A stretch of DNA of 64,000 bases from Calditrichales bacterium (GCA_965267575.1 OZ254086.1:1056001-1120000), one strand, 5' to 3'. Counted from the stretch's first letter, positions 52,501 to 61,065 are shown. Translations and numbers: made by a program. Notes: generated by a model not told the origin, from the letters alone.

Positions 52501-53102
52501 TCCAGCGCTTTGTTCCAGGTCTGGCCGCCATCGCTGCTTTTTAAAATGCCCACGCCATAGCTGCCACGGGTGGTGCGGATAACAAAGCCGCCGATCGATT
52601 TCTGGTAACCGTAAACTTCACCGCTGCCAATGTAAACGGTATTGCTGTCGGCCGGATCGATGGCAATAGCCATAACGCCCAGCACAGGATAGCCGGTTTC
52701 GATCTTGTGCCAGCCTGCGCCGGTGGATGCCTCATGGGTACGCCATAACCCCCCGCTGGCTGATCCGGCATAAAGCGTCTGGCTGTTTTGCGGGTTTACG
52801 GCCAGGGCGATCATCCGTCCGGGCACATTGTCCGGCCCCATGCTGCGCCAGCCGGCTCTTTCAAAATCAGGCTCCAAGCCGGTTTTGGAAAGGGATTGCC
52901 GTTTCTCCTTTTCAAAAGCGTCGAAGTAGGCTTTTTGCGGAATGTCGCGTCCCGGGTAAGCGCGCGATTCGGTCCACAGACGCAGGGCTTTGTAAGCGCC
53001 GGACAAGCGCTTTTCCTTTTGGGCAGGCTGTTCGGGTAGCAGCAAAAACACAACGCTGGCAATTAAGGCAATCGATAAAAGAGCAAAAAACAGACGGCGC
53101 AT
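49590..53102 (-). CDS. large secreted VPS10/BNR beta-propeller protein with a nidogen-like region and C-terminal sorting-type domain
   Basis: WRSMGP..GR, repeated S.DGG.TW, HVDHH, GGLQDN and GGDG motifs; LPFSVTF...ISTNG...PWWEDL region; NYPNPFNP tail. Confidence 0.85.
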   Translation of the reverse strand: MRRLFFALLSIALIASVVFLLLPEQPAQKEKRLSGAYKALRLWTESRAYPGRDIPQKAYFDAFEKEKRQSLSKTGLEPDFERAGWRSMGPDNVPGRMIALAVNPQNSQTLYAGSASGGLWRTHEASTGAGWHKIETGYPVLGVMAIAIDPADSNTVYIGSGEVYGYQKSIGGFVIRTTRGSYGVGILKSSDGGQTWNKALDWTQSQQRGIQDIVINPQNSSSVYAATTEGLVKSTNGGASWNTVLDVPMAQDIIVNPDDTLKVLVSCGNLGSSNSGIYRSLDGGKNFSKVNGIPSFHGKTLIDYFDSGPDTVFASVADSLNGKGLYRSNDFGTSWSLVHSVDVPQYQGFFAHFVAVHPTDEQKVVHAGVQIYASSDGGQSLDQISGPHVDHHNYAKDPNNPNVLYIANDGGVYRSANFGRVYKDIGQGLVTSQFYNGTASAWTDSTLAIGGLQDNNTVIYEGSKNWRRVIGGDGSWAAIHPLYHNIMWGSWQYNNILRSEDGGQNFVTATNGMSSERRAFIAPYVVASEQPNVLYSGRQGIYRTENLGNLWQLKASGASFDNNPFLAMDVAADDADVIMGATSPISSRAHVYRSEDGGDSWTDITGILPDRYLMDIAIHPQDNQTAYIAIGGYGSGHVYKTTNGGQSWTDITGSLPDVPTLALAIDPLQPQHVYAGNDLGVYLTPDGGDSWYIYSRDLPEAVIAMDLNISNANRKLRLATHGNGFWERPLYHTPDEHYVATFDPLPATIITGSSDLRFSGTLQNPGGGNQQTAALLSVNVYDDQDNLVYAEEKQVCCADPQGSLPWQMDEPFSVEDAGTYRIVFNDGQRDVTLLTSVIAPPTITQTQVSKIYRAYTSLDNPTILPRGDDVQSNVNLPFSVTFDNETYNKVQISTNGWVEFGRGGDGTTYGLSTSSQIGSIGANQNGSLASTSRPTKTLGPWWEDLNTDTGAGAGFVGHQTLGSEPNRVFVIEYNNVRAYFDANQTTTRLNFQVHIHESDSHIEFVYGPVQQGTFGGGDIGAMIGLKDHVGGDYHFYDIAAGGSGLTQSVVTNLSPLSDWPGPDSAYVIYTFPTSIEDEKPQQARRFALGANYPNPFNPQTTVPFELARAAQVRLELYDVLGRRVATILNRRLEAGAHTALVDGRALSSGVYYYRLTAGDFIQSRKMLLVK

Positions 53103-53214
53103 GGCTCCCCCAGGTGAAAAAATGGAATGGGCCTATAATAACGGTTTTTTTGAAAAATGAAGGTGATAATGAGTAAAACGCAGATGCGCAAAATAAGCGG
53201 CAGGCATCGCGTTG

Positions 53215-53847
53215 TTAATCGCAAACGGCTATCGCACGGACGGGAGCGCCGTCTGCCCGGACTGTCTTGAGCGGCAGGCAGCTAAAGGTGAATATTTGGC
53301 GAGGTAGCGCGTCAAGATTGGTCAGGTTTTCAATAATTAAAATGTCGCGCTGCAACAAAAGATGGTGGTTTTGCAGATCGGAAGAATCCAGGGCATCGGG
53401 GGAGATAGTGTCAAAGCCAACGCCCTTTATTGGGATGCCGCATAACCAGCGCGCGGCTTCAGCAGTCAAAACGGGATAACCGTTGAAGTAAGCCGCTGTT
53501 TTCCATTTTGGCGCCCAGCCGCAGTTGAAAATGATGAAATCCAACGCCTCGGGCTTTTCGATCGCCTCCTGCAGGAAGGCTTTTTCTACGGCTTTCTTTC
53601 CGCGGCAATCCACAACGCGCGCCCGGCCGATAAATTTTTCCACAGGAAAATCACCCAGCGTTTTGCCACCCTCGAGGATGTGGCACGGCGCATCGATGTG
53701 CGTAGCGTGATGGCTGAACAGCGTGAGACGCTTTTCGGCATAACCGTTTTCTGCAATGGAGGCCACATCTTCAAACAAAGGCCGGTCGCTGCCGGGATAA
53801 ACGGAAATGTCTTCTTCAATGGTGTGGGAGAGATCGATGATGCGCAT
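53215..53847 (-). CDS. cyclase family metal-dependent hydrolase (kynurenine formamidase-like)
   Basis: HHATHIDAPCH, VGFDTISPD, IIENL and DGAPVRAIA motifs. Confidence 0.9.
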   Translation of the reverse strand: MRIIDLSHTIEEDISVYPGSDRPLFEDVASIAENGYAEKRLTLFSHHATHIDAPCHILEGGKTLGDFPVEKFIGRARVVDCRGKKAVEKAFLQEAIEKPEALDFIIFNCGWAPKWKTAAYFNGYPVLTAEAARWLCGIPIKGVGFDTISPDALDSSDLQNHHLLLQRDILIIENLTNLDALPRQIFTFSCLPLKTVRADGAPVRAIAVCD

Positions 53848-53907
53848 GGCTGAATTTAAGAAATCTCAAATAGCAAAAAACAAATCCGAAACAATAATAC
53901 CCTGTTT

Positions 53908-54333
53908 TCATTTGGCTTCAATGCCCATGGCACGCGCAATAAGTTCGAAATCGTGGTGATTAATCTCGAACAGGGAGCGGCGAAATCTTACGCCCCAATA
54001 ACGCTTGTCCTTAATGAAAGAAAGGTCATCCAGCAGCGGCTGTATTTTGGCGGGGCGCACCTTGGCGTAAGCCACATTCCGGCGCCAGGGCGCAAAGCCA
54101 CCGGGAAGCTCGACCTGATAGGGCTGCCCGGCCCGAATCTGGCCGAGAGCCACAAAGGCCTGCACTTTTTCGCCGTTCTTCAGCGTCGTGCGCGGCGCAT
54201 AATAGATCAGCCAGTCGCCGCTGTTAAGCCGCCTGATGTGCGTGAGCCGGCCGTGGCCCAGCTGGCAAAATTTACCACGCACGCCAAGCATAATATGCTC
54301 TTTGGCTGCTACTCCTATCCAATACTTTGACAT
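53908..54333 (-). CDS. EVE domain protein
   Basis: YWIGVA..H, QLGHG, GDWLIYYAP and LSFIKDK..WG..FR motifs. Confidence 0.85.
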   Translation of the reverse strand: MSKYWIGVAAKEHIMLGVRGKFCQLGHGRLTHIRRLNSGDWLIYYAPRTTLKNGEKVQAFVALGQIRAGQPYQVELPGGFAPWRRNVAYAKVRPAKIQPLLDDLSFIKDKRYWGVRFRRSLFEINHHDFELIARAMGIEAK

Positions 54334-54368
54334 AAAACGGGGTTTGTTTTTATTACTGGTTTTGGGTT

Positions 54369-54590
54369 AACCACAGAGAGCACGGAGCGGTTCACAGAAG
54401 GCATGGAGAAAATCTTTTAATGGAGTTTGGCGCAAAAATTCGTTCCCCCTTAAAAAAGGGGGCCAGTGGGTTGTCCTTTGCAAAAAAAGGCAAAGGCTGC
54501 ATACACAACCCCTTAATCCCCTTTGTTAAGGGGAAATCAACCTTTTTAACCACAGAGAGCACGGAGGGCTTCACATAGTACGCTGAGGAT
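54369..54590. repeat. compound REP cluster
   Basis: Two direct AACCACAGAGAGCACGGAG copies (54369, 54548) bracket an inverted pair of CCCCTT...AAGGGG hairpins (54443-54535). Confidence 0.7.
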
Positions 54591-54625
54591 TTTCTATAAA
54601 ATTATCCGCGCCGCGGTGATTAACG

Positions 54626-54996
54626 CTATTGGTTGACCTCTTTTTGAATACTGATAACCGCCCTTTTTAGTCCGAGGATTTTCTCATCACAAATATTGAA
54701 AACCACTTCTGCATCCAGATCAAAATAATGGTGGCTCAAAAAATCCCGGACGCCTTTTGCACCCTTCCAGTCAATTTCCGGATGTTCGTCGAAAAATTTT
54801 TTGCCACCTTTTTTTCAAAATTTTTAAGGCTCTCACCAATCGCTATCAGCATCATGCCTATCGCGTCAAGACGATCTAAGCCATCATCCGCTAAAAAGTC
54901 TTCTGGTGAATTAATACCGGAGAAACGTCGCTCTATCTTGGAAATGCCTTCCAAAATCTGGCTTATTATTTCTGCAAGCAGAGCTCTATCAGACAT
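54626..54996 (-). pseudogene. HepT/DUF86 HEPN toxin split by a -1 frameshift
   Basis: Frame 0 gives ...LDAIGMMLIAIGESLKNFEKK. The -1 frame after the A7 run (54809-54815) continues GGKKFFDEHPEIDWKGAKGVRDFLSHHYFDLD...* and carries the RxxxxH motif. Confidence 0.85.
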
Positions 54997-55276
54997 AGAT
55001 GGCTTCGGAATCGATGCGTTTTTTTAGAAAGGCATTCATGTGTTTACGGTATCGTATCAGATCAACAGAGGAGTGGAGTTCCTTTTCAAGTTTTTCCTTG
55101 ATATGAACCATCGCGTACAAATCGGGTGGCATTTCCACAACGATATCAACATCATTGTTAGTAACGCCTTTTCCGCCCGCGGCAGAACCAAAAAGCCCCA
55201 GGCGCTGAACACCGTACTTGCTGCGCAGTTCAGGAACCAGTGTTTTTAATTTTGCCAATATTTCTTCTTTGCTCAT
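54989..55276 (-). CDS. MNT (minimal nucleotidyltransferase) antitoxin
   Basis: LGLFGSAA, DVDIVVE and VDLI motifs; overlaps the start of the HEPN gene. Confidence 0.9.
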   Translation of the reverse strand: MSKEEILAKLKTLVPELRSKYGVQRLGLFGSAAGGKGVTNNDVDIVVEMPPDLYAMVHIKEKLEKELHSSVDLIRYRKHMNAFLKKRIDSEAIYV

Positions 55277-55338
55277 GATCTCTTTCTCAAACCTTACCTA
55301 AAATCGACAGGCAAATACGGGTTTGTCAAACTTTTCTA

Positions 55339-55447
55339 AACCACAGAGAGCACAGAGCAGGTTCACGGAGAACACAGAGAAATGTTCTTTTGATATTTAA
55401 AATAAAACTTTGTGGCCTCTGTGAGAGCCTCTGCACCCTCTGTGGTT
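55339..55447. repeat. AACCACAGAG-family inverted REP pair
   Basis: AACCACAGAGAGCACAGAG...CTCTGCACCCTCTGTGGTT. Confidence 0.75.
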
Positions 55448-55453
55448 ATCCTC

Positions 55454-57736
55454 CTACTTCAGTAAAAGCATTTTGCGGGCACGGGTTTCGCCATTGGCGC
55501 GCAGCACGTAAAAATAACTGCCGCTGGCCAGGTTGCGGGCATCCCATAAAACGCGGTAGCTGCCCGGCTGCTTTTTGCCATCCACCAGCGTGGCCACCTT
55601 CTGTCCCAAAACATTGAAAATATCCAGCCGTACCTGCCCCGCTTTTTCCAGCCGGTAGCGGATGGTAGTCGTGGGGTTAAACGGGTTGGGATAGTTGGGT
55701 AAAAGCTCCATGCTTAGCGGAGCGTTCAGTTTTTCCTGAGCGATATCGGAGACGAAATCGCCGCTGGTGTTAAAAGCGAAAACATCTTCGGATGTCACCG
55801 GGCGACGCGTGTAGACGAAGTTGGTATCACCGGGTTGGGGGTAAAGCACATCGCCGTCCGGGGCCAGGGCGATAATCTGCGCGTGTGTGTTGTTGCTGGA
55901 TTCGCGGTACTGCTCAGGCGTCAGCATGACCACATCTTCGGTGGGCTCCCAGCGTGTGTTTTGCAGCTTGTTGTCTTCGGCCACAAACAGCTCCAAGCGT
56001 TCACCGTCGGTGAGGTTCCATGCATAAAAAGGCACCGGCACATCACCGAAATAGCCCTGGGCGGTGTCGCTGGGCTGTGCAAACGTACCATCGGAAAGTG
56101 TGTCGGTGTTGCCCCAGATAATGGCCACATCGATCGGCGCCAGCAGGTACGTACCCAACGTCGGTTCGCCGATTTCAAAGGCCAGGTTGCTGCCGCTGTT
56201 GTTCTCGAAATAGCTGTTGGCGTAATCGAGGTCAAAATCAAAAACGGGCTTCATCTCCACGGCGATGCCTTCAAACACCTCACTGATGTAGAACATATTT
56301 TCGCCCCCGTTCAACGGCAGCGACTCCACAACCACGGCATCATCTGTCAGGTTTCTTATCTGGGCCGTGGCTTCGCTTTCGCCGGCCTGCGGAAAGCTGA
56401 TTTCGTAATTGGCGTCTTTCACATCATCGGGATTGACCACGTGTACGGTAAAGCGAAACGACGAATTGCCTGCCGTTTGCTGCTGTTTGGAATCGGCAAA
56501 ATAACCCACCGGCGCGATGGGCGTCAGGCGGCGGCCGATCACCTCGTAGTCGGCGTCAAACTGGCCCCAACTGGACCAGGCAAAGAGCCACTCGCCGTCA
56601 TTGTCCGTGGGCAGCAGATCCGGTTCCCACTGAAAATTATCGGTGTAAAGGTTCAGCGGTGTTTCAAAAGCATGCTTGCGGATTTCGGTTTCGCCGCGGC
56701 GAAAAACCTGGGCCACCACCCCTTCACGGCTGCCATCCTGCTCAAAGCTGCCCCAGGCCACGGCAAAGGTGCTGTCGTTGCTTTTTTGGATGCGCGGCAG
56801 CCACTGGTAGTGATGCGTTGTCTCGTTGACCTGCAGTTCGTTGCCCAACTTGCTGCCGGCGTTGTCAAACTGCTGCAGGTAGATGCCACCCTTGTCGCCG
56901 TCCTGCTGCCAGGAGCACCACACGGCCACCCAGTTGCCGTCGCTAAAAGTCTCCACATCGCCCAGCCACTGGTAGTCGTTGGTGTAGCTGTTGATGCCGG
57001 TCTCGGCGGTCAGTGCTTCGCCGCTGGCGCTGAAAACGCGACCCAGTTGGCCGTAGCCCGAAGGCGTCGCCACATCCTGCTTGAACGATTCCCAAACCAC
57101 CACAAAACTGCCATCGTCAAAATAGCGCAGCGCGGGATGGGCCTGGCTGTAGGCGGTGCGATTGTTCACACGGAATTCATCCGTGGCTGCTGTGCCGTCG
57201 CTGTTGAACATACGCGCGTAAACGCCGCGATCGCTGCCATCCTGGTACCACGATTCCCAGGCAATGGTAAAACTGCCGTCGCTGTGCATTGCCACGGCCG
57301 GGTTGGTCTGGCTTTCGGCGGTGACCTGGTTGACCAGGAATTCATCACCCCAGTTTGCACCATCGTAGAGGCGCGCTTTCACATCAAAAATAGATTCCAT
57401 GCCGTTGTGCGTCACCCAGGTGACAATCAACCGGCCTTCGCCGTCGCCGGCGATGCGCGCTTTTTCCTGCTCACCATCTGTGATTTGGTTGACGACAATG
57501 GGATCGCCGTTTTTATTGTCATTACTTATACTGAGATACTGCAGCATAATATCGCCACTGTCGAAATCATGACTGTTATTCCAGGCAACAACGTACTCCG
57601 TGCTGTTTATACGAGCCAGCTGTGGGTCGCGCTGGACGCCGATAATTTCCGTGTTGACCCGGAATTCTTCGCCGGCCCATGCGGCAATCGCCACAAAAAG
57701 AAAGAGTGTAATTTTAAAAAAGGTTTTCATGGCCAC
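55454..57736 (-). CDS. secreted repeat (beta-propeller-like) protein with C-terminal sorting-type domain
   Basis: Tandem EFxVN...Q..P...F.V.W.S..QDG repeats; NYPNPFNP...RKMLLLK tail. The start may be 57730. Confidence 0.8.
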   Translation of the reverse strand: MAMKTFFKITLFLFVAIAAWAGEEFRVNTEIIGVQRDPQLARINSTEYVVAWNNSHDFDSGDIMLQYLSISNDNKNGDPIVVNQITDGEQEKARIAGDGEGRLIVTWVTHNGMESIFDVKARLYDGANWGDEFLVNQVTAESQTNPAVAMHSDGSFTIAWESWYQDGSDRGVYARMFNSDGTAATDEFRVNNRTAYSQAHPALRYFDDGSFVVVWESFKQDVATPSGYGQLGRVFSASGEALTAETGINSYTNDYQWLGDVETFSDGNWVAVWCSWQQDGDKGGIYLQQFDNAGSKLGNELQVNETTHHYQWLPRIQKSNDSTFAVAWGSFEQDGSREGVVAQVFRRGETEIRKHAFETPLNLYTDNFQWEPDLLPTDNDGEWLFAWSSWGQFDADYEVIGRRLTPIAPVGYFADSKQQQTAGNSSFRFTVHVVNPDDVKDANYEISFPQAGESEATAQIRNLTDDAVVVESLPLNGGENMFYISEVFEGIAVEMKPVFDFDLDYANSYFENNSGSNLAFEIGEPTLGTYLLAPIDVAIIWGNTDTLSDGTFAQPSDTAQGYFGDVPVPFYAWNLTDGERLELFVAEDNKLQNTRWEPTEDVVMLTPEQYRESSNNTHAQIIALAPDGDVLYPQPGDTNFVYTRRPVTSEDVFAFNTSGDFVSDIAQEKLNAPLSMELLPNYPNPFNPTTTIRYRLEKAGQVRLDIFNVLGQKVATLVDGKKQPGSYRVLWDARNLASGSYFYVLRANGETRARKMLLLK

Positions 57737-57743
57737 GTCCTTG

Positions 57744-58370
57744 TTATTTCATCTGGAAGTCGAGCAGCGGGTAGCTTTTGGCCGGCACGTAGGAGTAGTG
57801 CCACCACTCGACGGAGTAGAGTTCGAAGTTGTATTTCAGCATCAGGTTTTTAAGCAGCGCGCGGTTGCTGTTGACCTCGTCACTGTGGCCGGTGTAATTG
57901 TGTCCGGCTTCGGGTCCGAAGAAATCGAAATCGGTGCCCATGTCAAGCTCCTCGCCGGTGGCTTTATCGATGATGGTGAGATCGACCGCGGAGCCTTTGT
58001 TGTGGTTGGAGCCGTTTGCCGGATTGGCCACGTAGGGCGGCCCGACGATGTCGTACATCAGGTATTGCACCGTGTGCGGGCGGTAGGCGTCGAAGATCTT
58101 CAGCCCCAGCCCCTCGGGACGCTGGATGCCGTTGTGCTCGCTGATACCGGCCAGCTCATCCTGGATTTTTTGCAGCTGTTTGATGCCGCCGATGGAGTAG
58201 AAACATTCATCGGTGCTGTAGAGCTTTTGATCGGTAAAATTGTTGGTGCCGTTGTAGCGGATATCGATGGCGATGTCGGGGATCAGGTCTTTGACGTTGA
58301 CCAGCTCGTCGTTGGCGCTTTGGGCCATCAGCCCGCCGGCCAGCAGCAGAAAAAGAACAAAACGATGCAT
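57744..58370 (-). CDS. D-Ala-D-Ala dipeptidase (VanX/M15) with signal peptide
   Basis: DAYRP, SNHNKGSAVDLT, LDMGTDFDFF and EWWHY motifs. Confidence 0.9.
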   Translation of the reverse strand: MHRFVLFLLLAGGLMAQSANDELVNVKDLIPDIAIDIRYNGTNNFTDQKLYSTDECFYSIGGIKQLQKIQDELAGISEHNGIQRPEGLGLKIFDAYRPHTVQYLMYDIVGPPYVANPANGSNHNKGSAVDLTIIDKATGEELDMGTDFDFFGPEAGHNYTGHSDEVNSNRALLKNLMLKYNFELYSVEWWHYSYVPAKSYPLLDFQMK

Positions 58371-58455
58371 AACACATTTTCCTGTTTATTAATGGTGTTT
58401 TAGAAATATAAGGGATTGCGGGGAGAAGTGCAGGGGAATATAAGAATGAATTTTT

Positions 58456-59189
58456 TGCGTCTCTACGTTGGTGCTGCCATAAAATTAACAAGCTTATAGC
58501 GTTTTATACAATTCATCCTCTTCCCATCGCGCCGGGTTATTGACGATATATTGACTAATTTTATCGTAATCCCTTTGGTCGCGAATAATATGATCCCAAT
58601 AACGGGCCTGCCAGCCAAAAGGTATGTCCTTTTCTCGCGCGTATTTTGTTACACCTATTTTAAATCCGCGGATAATAGATGCCAGGTTTTGGGATTGTGG
58701 ACCGAAGCGGTTTTGAGGTTTGGAGGTGTTTTTAGACGCAACATTTTGCGTCTCTACATTTTGTGGTTTGTCAATTATGAGTATCCCATGAATATGATTA
58801 GGCATGATGATATATTCGCCAGGAATTACAAAAGGGAAATGTACAGGAATTTCCTGCCAGCAGCGCTTGGCCCATGCGCCTAAATCCGATAATTGCATTT
58901 TTGCGGATACTATTTCTCCAAAACAACACATCCTGTCCTTTGTACAGATCGTGACGTAATATGGCGCGTTTTCACCGTAATCCCAGGATGTCAGCCTGGC
59001 GGAAGGAATGCGGTATTTGTTTTTGTAAAGGTTCATGGCAAACCCCAAACGTAGAGACGAAAGATTTTGCGTATCGGATTGCGATTGACCAAAAATACGT
59101 TAATTGGCGACAAATGAAAGCAGGTGGCGGGGTGAAGATTTTATTTTTTTTTCACGTGTTTCGGAAGACGCAAGATGTTGCGTCTCTAC
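58456..59189. repeat. GTAG-type REP sequences around and inside the RAYT gene
   Basis: GTAGAGACGCA...TGCGTCT-type copies at 58456-58466, 58733-58757, 59051-59075 and 59166-59189. Confidence 0.8.
58494..59036 (-). mobile_element. REP-associated tyrosine transposase (RAYT, HUH/Y1 family)
   Basis: SARLTSWDY...YYVTICT, MPNHIHGIL (HUH), IIRGFK, WQARYWDHIIR and YIVNNP motifs. Confidence 0.9.
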
Positions 59190-59319
59190 GTTTTTTTGAT
59201 CACGATCAGGAGCACGATCATGATCAAGATTGTAAAACCTGAATACATGAACACTTGAACACGCATTAACACACTCTCTTCTTTTTGCACCCATACTTTG
59301 CAAGCACTAACTTCCCAGC

Positions 59320-59922
59320 ATGAATAAAAATCCCGATACGTACCAGGTGCCGACGGAGAGCTATAGCGCCGAGATCAAGGTCAAGGGCTCGCGTTTTCTG
59401 GCGACGGTTGTGGCGGTTGCTTCGGTGAAAGACGCGGAGCAGCGCTATGCCGAAATCGCCAAAAAGTATTACGACGCCACGCACAACTGCTACGCCTGGC
59501 GCGTCGCTGCGGATACCTTTCGCATTTCCGATGACGGCGAACCATCGGGTACGGCGGGACGGCCCATTCTGCAGGCGATTGAAGGCAGCGAACTTTTGGA
59601 AATACTGGTGGTGGTAACGCGCTACTTTGGCGGCACAAAGCTGGGCACAGGCGGACTGCTGCGCGCTTACGGTGATGCCGCGGCCCTGGCGCTGAAAGAT
59701 GTGCCGCGCAAAACGAAGATCCGCGTGCAACAGATTGCCCTGCGTTTTGACTACGCGCTGGAAAAGACCGTGCGCCACCTGCTGGACAATTTTGGCGGAC
59801 GCATCGCCGCCAGCGATTACAGCGCCGGGGTAAAAATGGAAGTGCTTGTGCCGCAAAGCCGGATTGACGATTTTAAGGATCGGCTTTTGGAAATGACCCA
59901 CTCGGCGGTGGAACTGGAGTAA
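59320..59922 (+). CDS. YigZ/IMPACT family protein
   Basis: KGSRF, ATHNCYA, DDGEPSGTAGRP and VTRYFGGTKLGTGGL motifs. Confidence 0.93.
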   Translation: MNKNPDTYQVPTESYSAEIKVKGSRFLATVVAVASVKDAEQRYAEIAKKYYDATHNCYAWRVAADTFRISDDGEPSGTAGRPILQAIEGSELLEILVVVTRYFGGTKLGTGGLLRAYGDAAALALKDVPRKTKIRVQQIALRFDYALEKTVRHLLDNFGGRIAASDYSAGVKMEVLVPQSRIDDFKDRLLEMTHSAVELE

Positions 59923-59924
59923 GC

Positions 59925-60890
59925 ATGGCGGACAAAAAAGAGAAAAAACCTGCAGGCGCCAAAGACAAAGCGCTGGAAGTTAAGAACGTCTCCAAGGCGC
60001 TGGCCGACAGCATGGTGATCGATGACCTCTCCTTTACCGTGCGCGGCGGCGAAACATTCGGATTGCTGGGCCCCAATGGCGCCGGCAAAACCACGATGAT
60101 GCGCATGATCATGAATATCATCCGGCCGGATGAAGGCGAGATTGTTTTTGACGGCAATGAACGCGGCAAGATTAAAGCGATCCATTTTGGCTACCTGCCG
60201 GAAGAGCGCGGCCTCTACCCCTACGCCACCGTGCTGGATACCTTGATCTACTTCGGCACACTTAACAATCTCAGTAAGCGCAAAGCAGAGGTAGAAGCGA
60301 TCCGCTACCTGGACCGCCTTGGTCTGGTGGATTTTACCGATAGTAAGATCAACACGCTTTCCAAGGGCATGCAGCAAAAAATCCAGTTTATCAGCGCCTT
60401 CCTGCACGATCCCGATGTACTGATCCTCGATGAGCCCTTCTCCGGCCTGGACCCGATCAACCAGATCGTGCTGCGCGACATCCTGCGCGAGTACAAGGAA
60501 AAACGCAAGATCCTGATCATCTCAACGCACATGATGGACGTGGCCGAAAAAATGTGCGACCACATCTGCCTGATGAACCGCGGGCGCACGGTACTGGATG
60601 GACGCATCGCGGACATAAAAAAGAAATACCGCGAAGACGCCTACTTTCTCGATGCCGACGACACGCTGGCTTTTCTGCAGAGTCACAGCGGCGTGGAGGT
60701 GCTCGAAGAGTACAACACGGCCTACAAATTCCGCTTTATCGATCCCAAAATAGACGTGGCCGATTTTCTGAAAAACGCCGGCTCTAAAATCCGTATCCGC
60801 CGCTTTGAGGTCGTCGAACCGTCGCTGCATGATATTTTCCTGGACATCATTCACAATTCCGGCGGCGCCGAAAACAGTGTACAGAAATAG
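59925..60890 (+). CDS. ABC transporter ATP-binding protein (ABC-2, YhaQ/NatA-like)
   Basis: GPNGAGKTT, YLPEERGLY, LSKGMQQK and LDEPFSGLDP motifs. Confidence 0.93.
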   Translation: MADKKEKKPAGAKDKALEVKNVSKALADSMVIDDLSFTVRGGETFGLLGPNGAGKTTMMRMIMNIIRPDEGEIVFDGNERGKIKAIHFGYLPEERGLYPYATVLDTLIYFGTLNNLSKRKAEVEAIRYLDRLGLVDFTDSKINTLSKGMQQKIQFISAFLHDPDVLILDEPFSGLDPINQIVLRDILREYKEKRKILIISTHMMDVAEKMCDHICLMNRGRTVLDGRIADIKKKYREDAYFLDADDTLAFLQSHSGVEVLEEYNTAYKFRFIDPKIDVADFLKNAGSKIRIRRFEVVEPSLHDIFLDIIHNSGGAENSVQK

Positions 60891-60922
60891 GCAATCAGGC
60901 ATGAGGCAAAATGACAGACCGG

Positions 60923-61024
60923 GAGATCCTTCGTGGAGCTCAGGATGACAGGAGCGCATACTGTCATCCCGGCCTGTCCCGATGCCATTTATCGGGGTTT
61001 GGCGCAGCCAACACCGGGATCTCC
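60923..61024. repeat. GTCATCC-family REP pair with a nested mini-hairpin
   Basis: GAGATCC...CAGGATGACA followed by TGTCATCCCGG...CCGGGATCTCC, which encloses CCCGATGCCATTTATCGGG. Confidence 0.7.
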
Positions 61025-61065
61025 AGACGCACCCATGCTTCTCATGGTGAAAAAAAGGAAATAAA

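Noticed and set aside
54369-55447. Repeated AACCACAGAGAGCAC as a CRISPR array
   Set aside because: Irregular spacing, mixed orientation and no cas genes.
55835-57853. 672-aa plus-strand ORF
   Set aside because: Antisense shadow of the secreted repeat protein and the dipeptidase.
57744-58370. Vancomycin resistance locus
   Set aside because: A lone VanX-like gene without vanH, vanA/B or vanRS.
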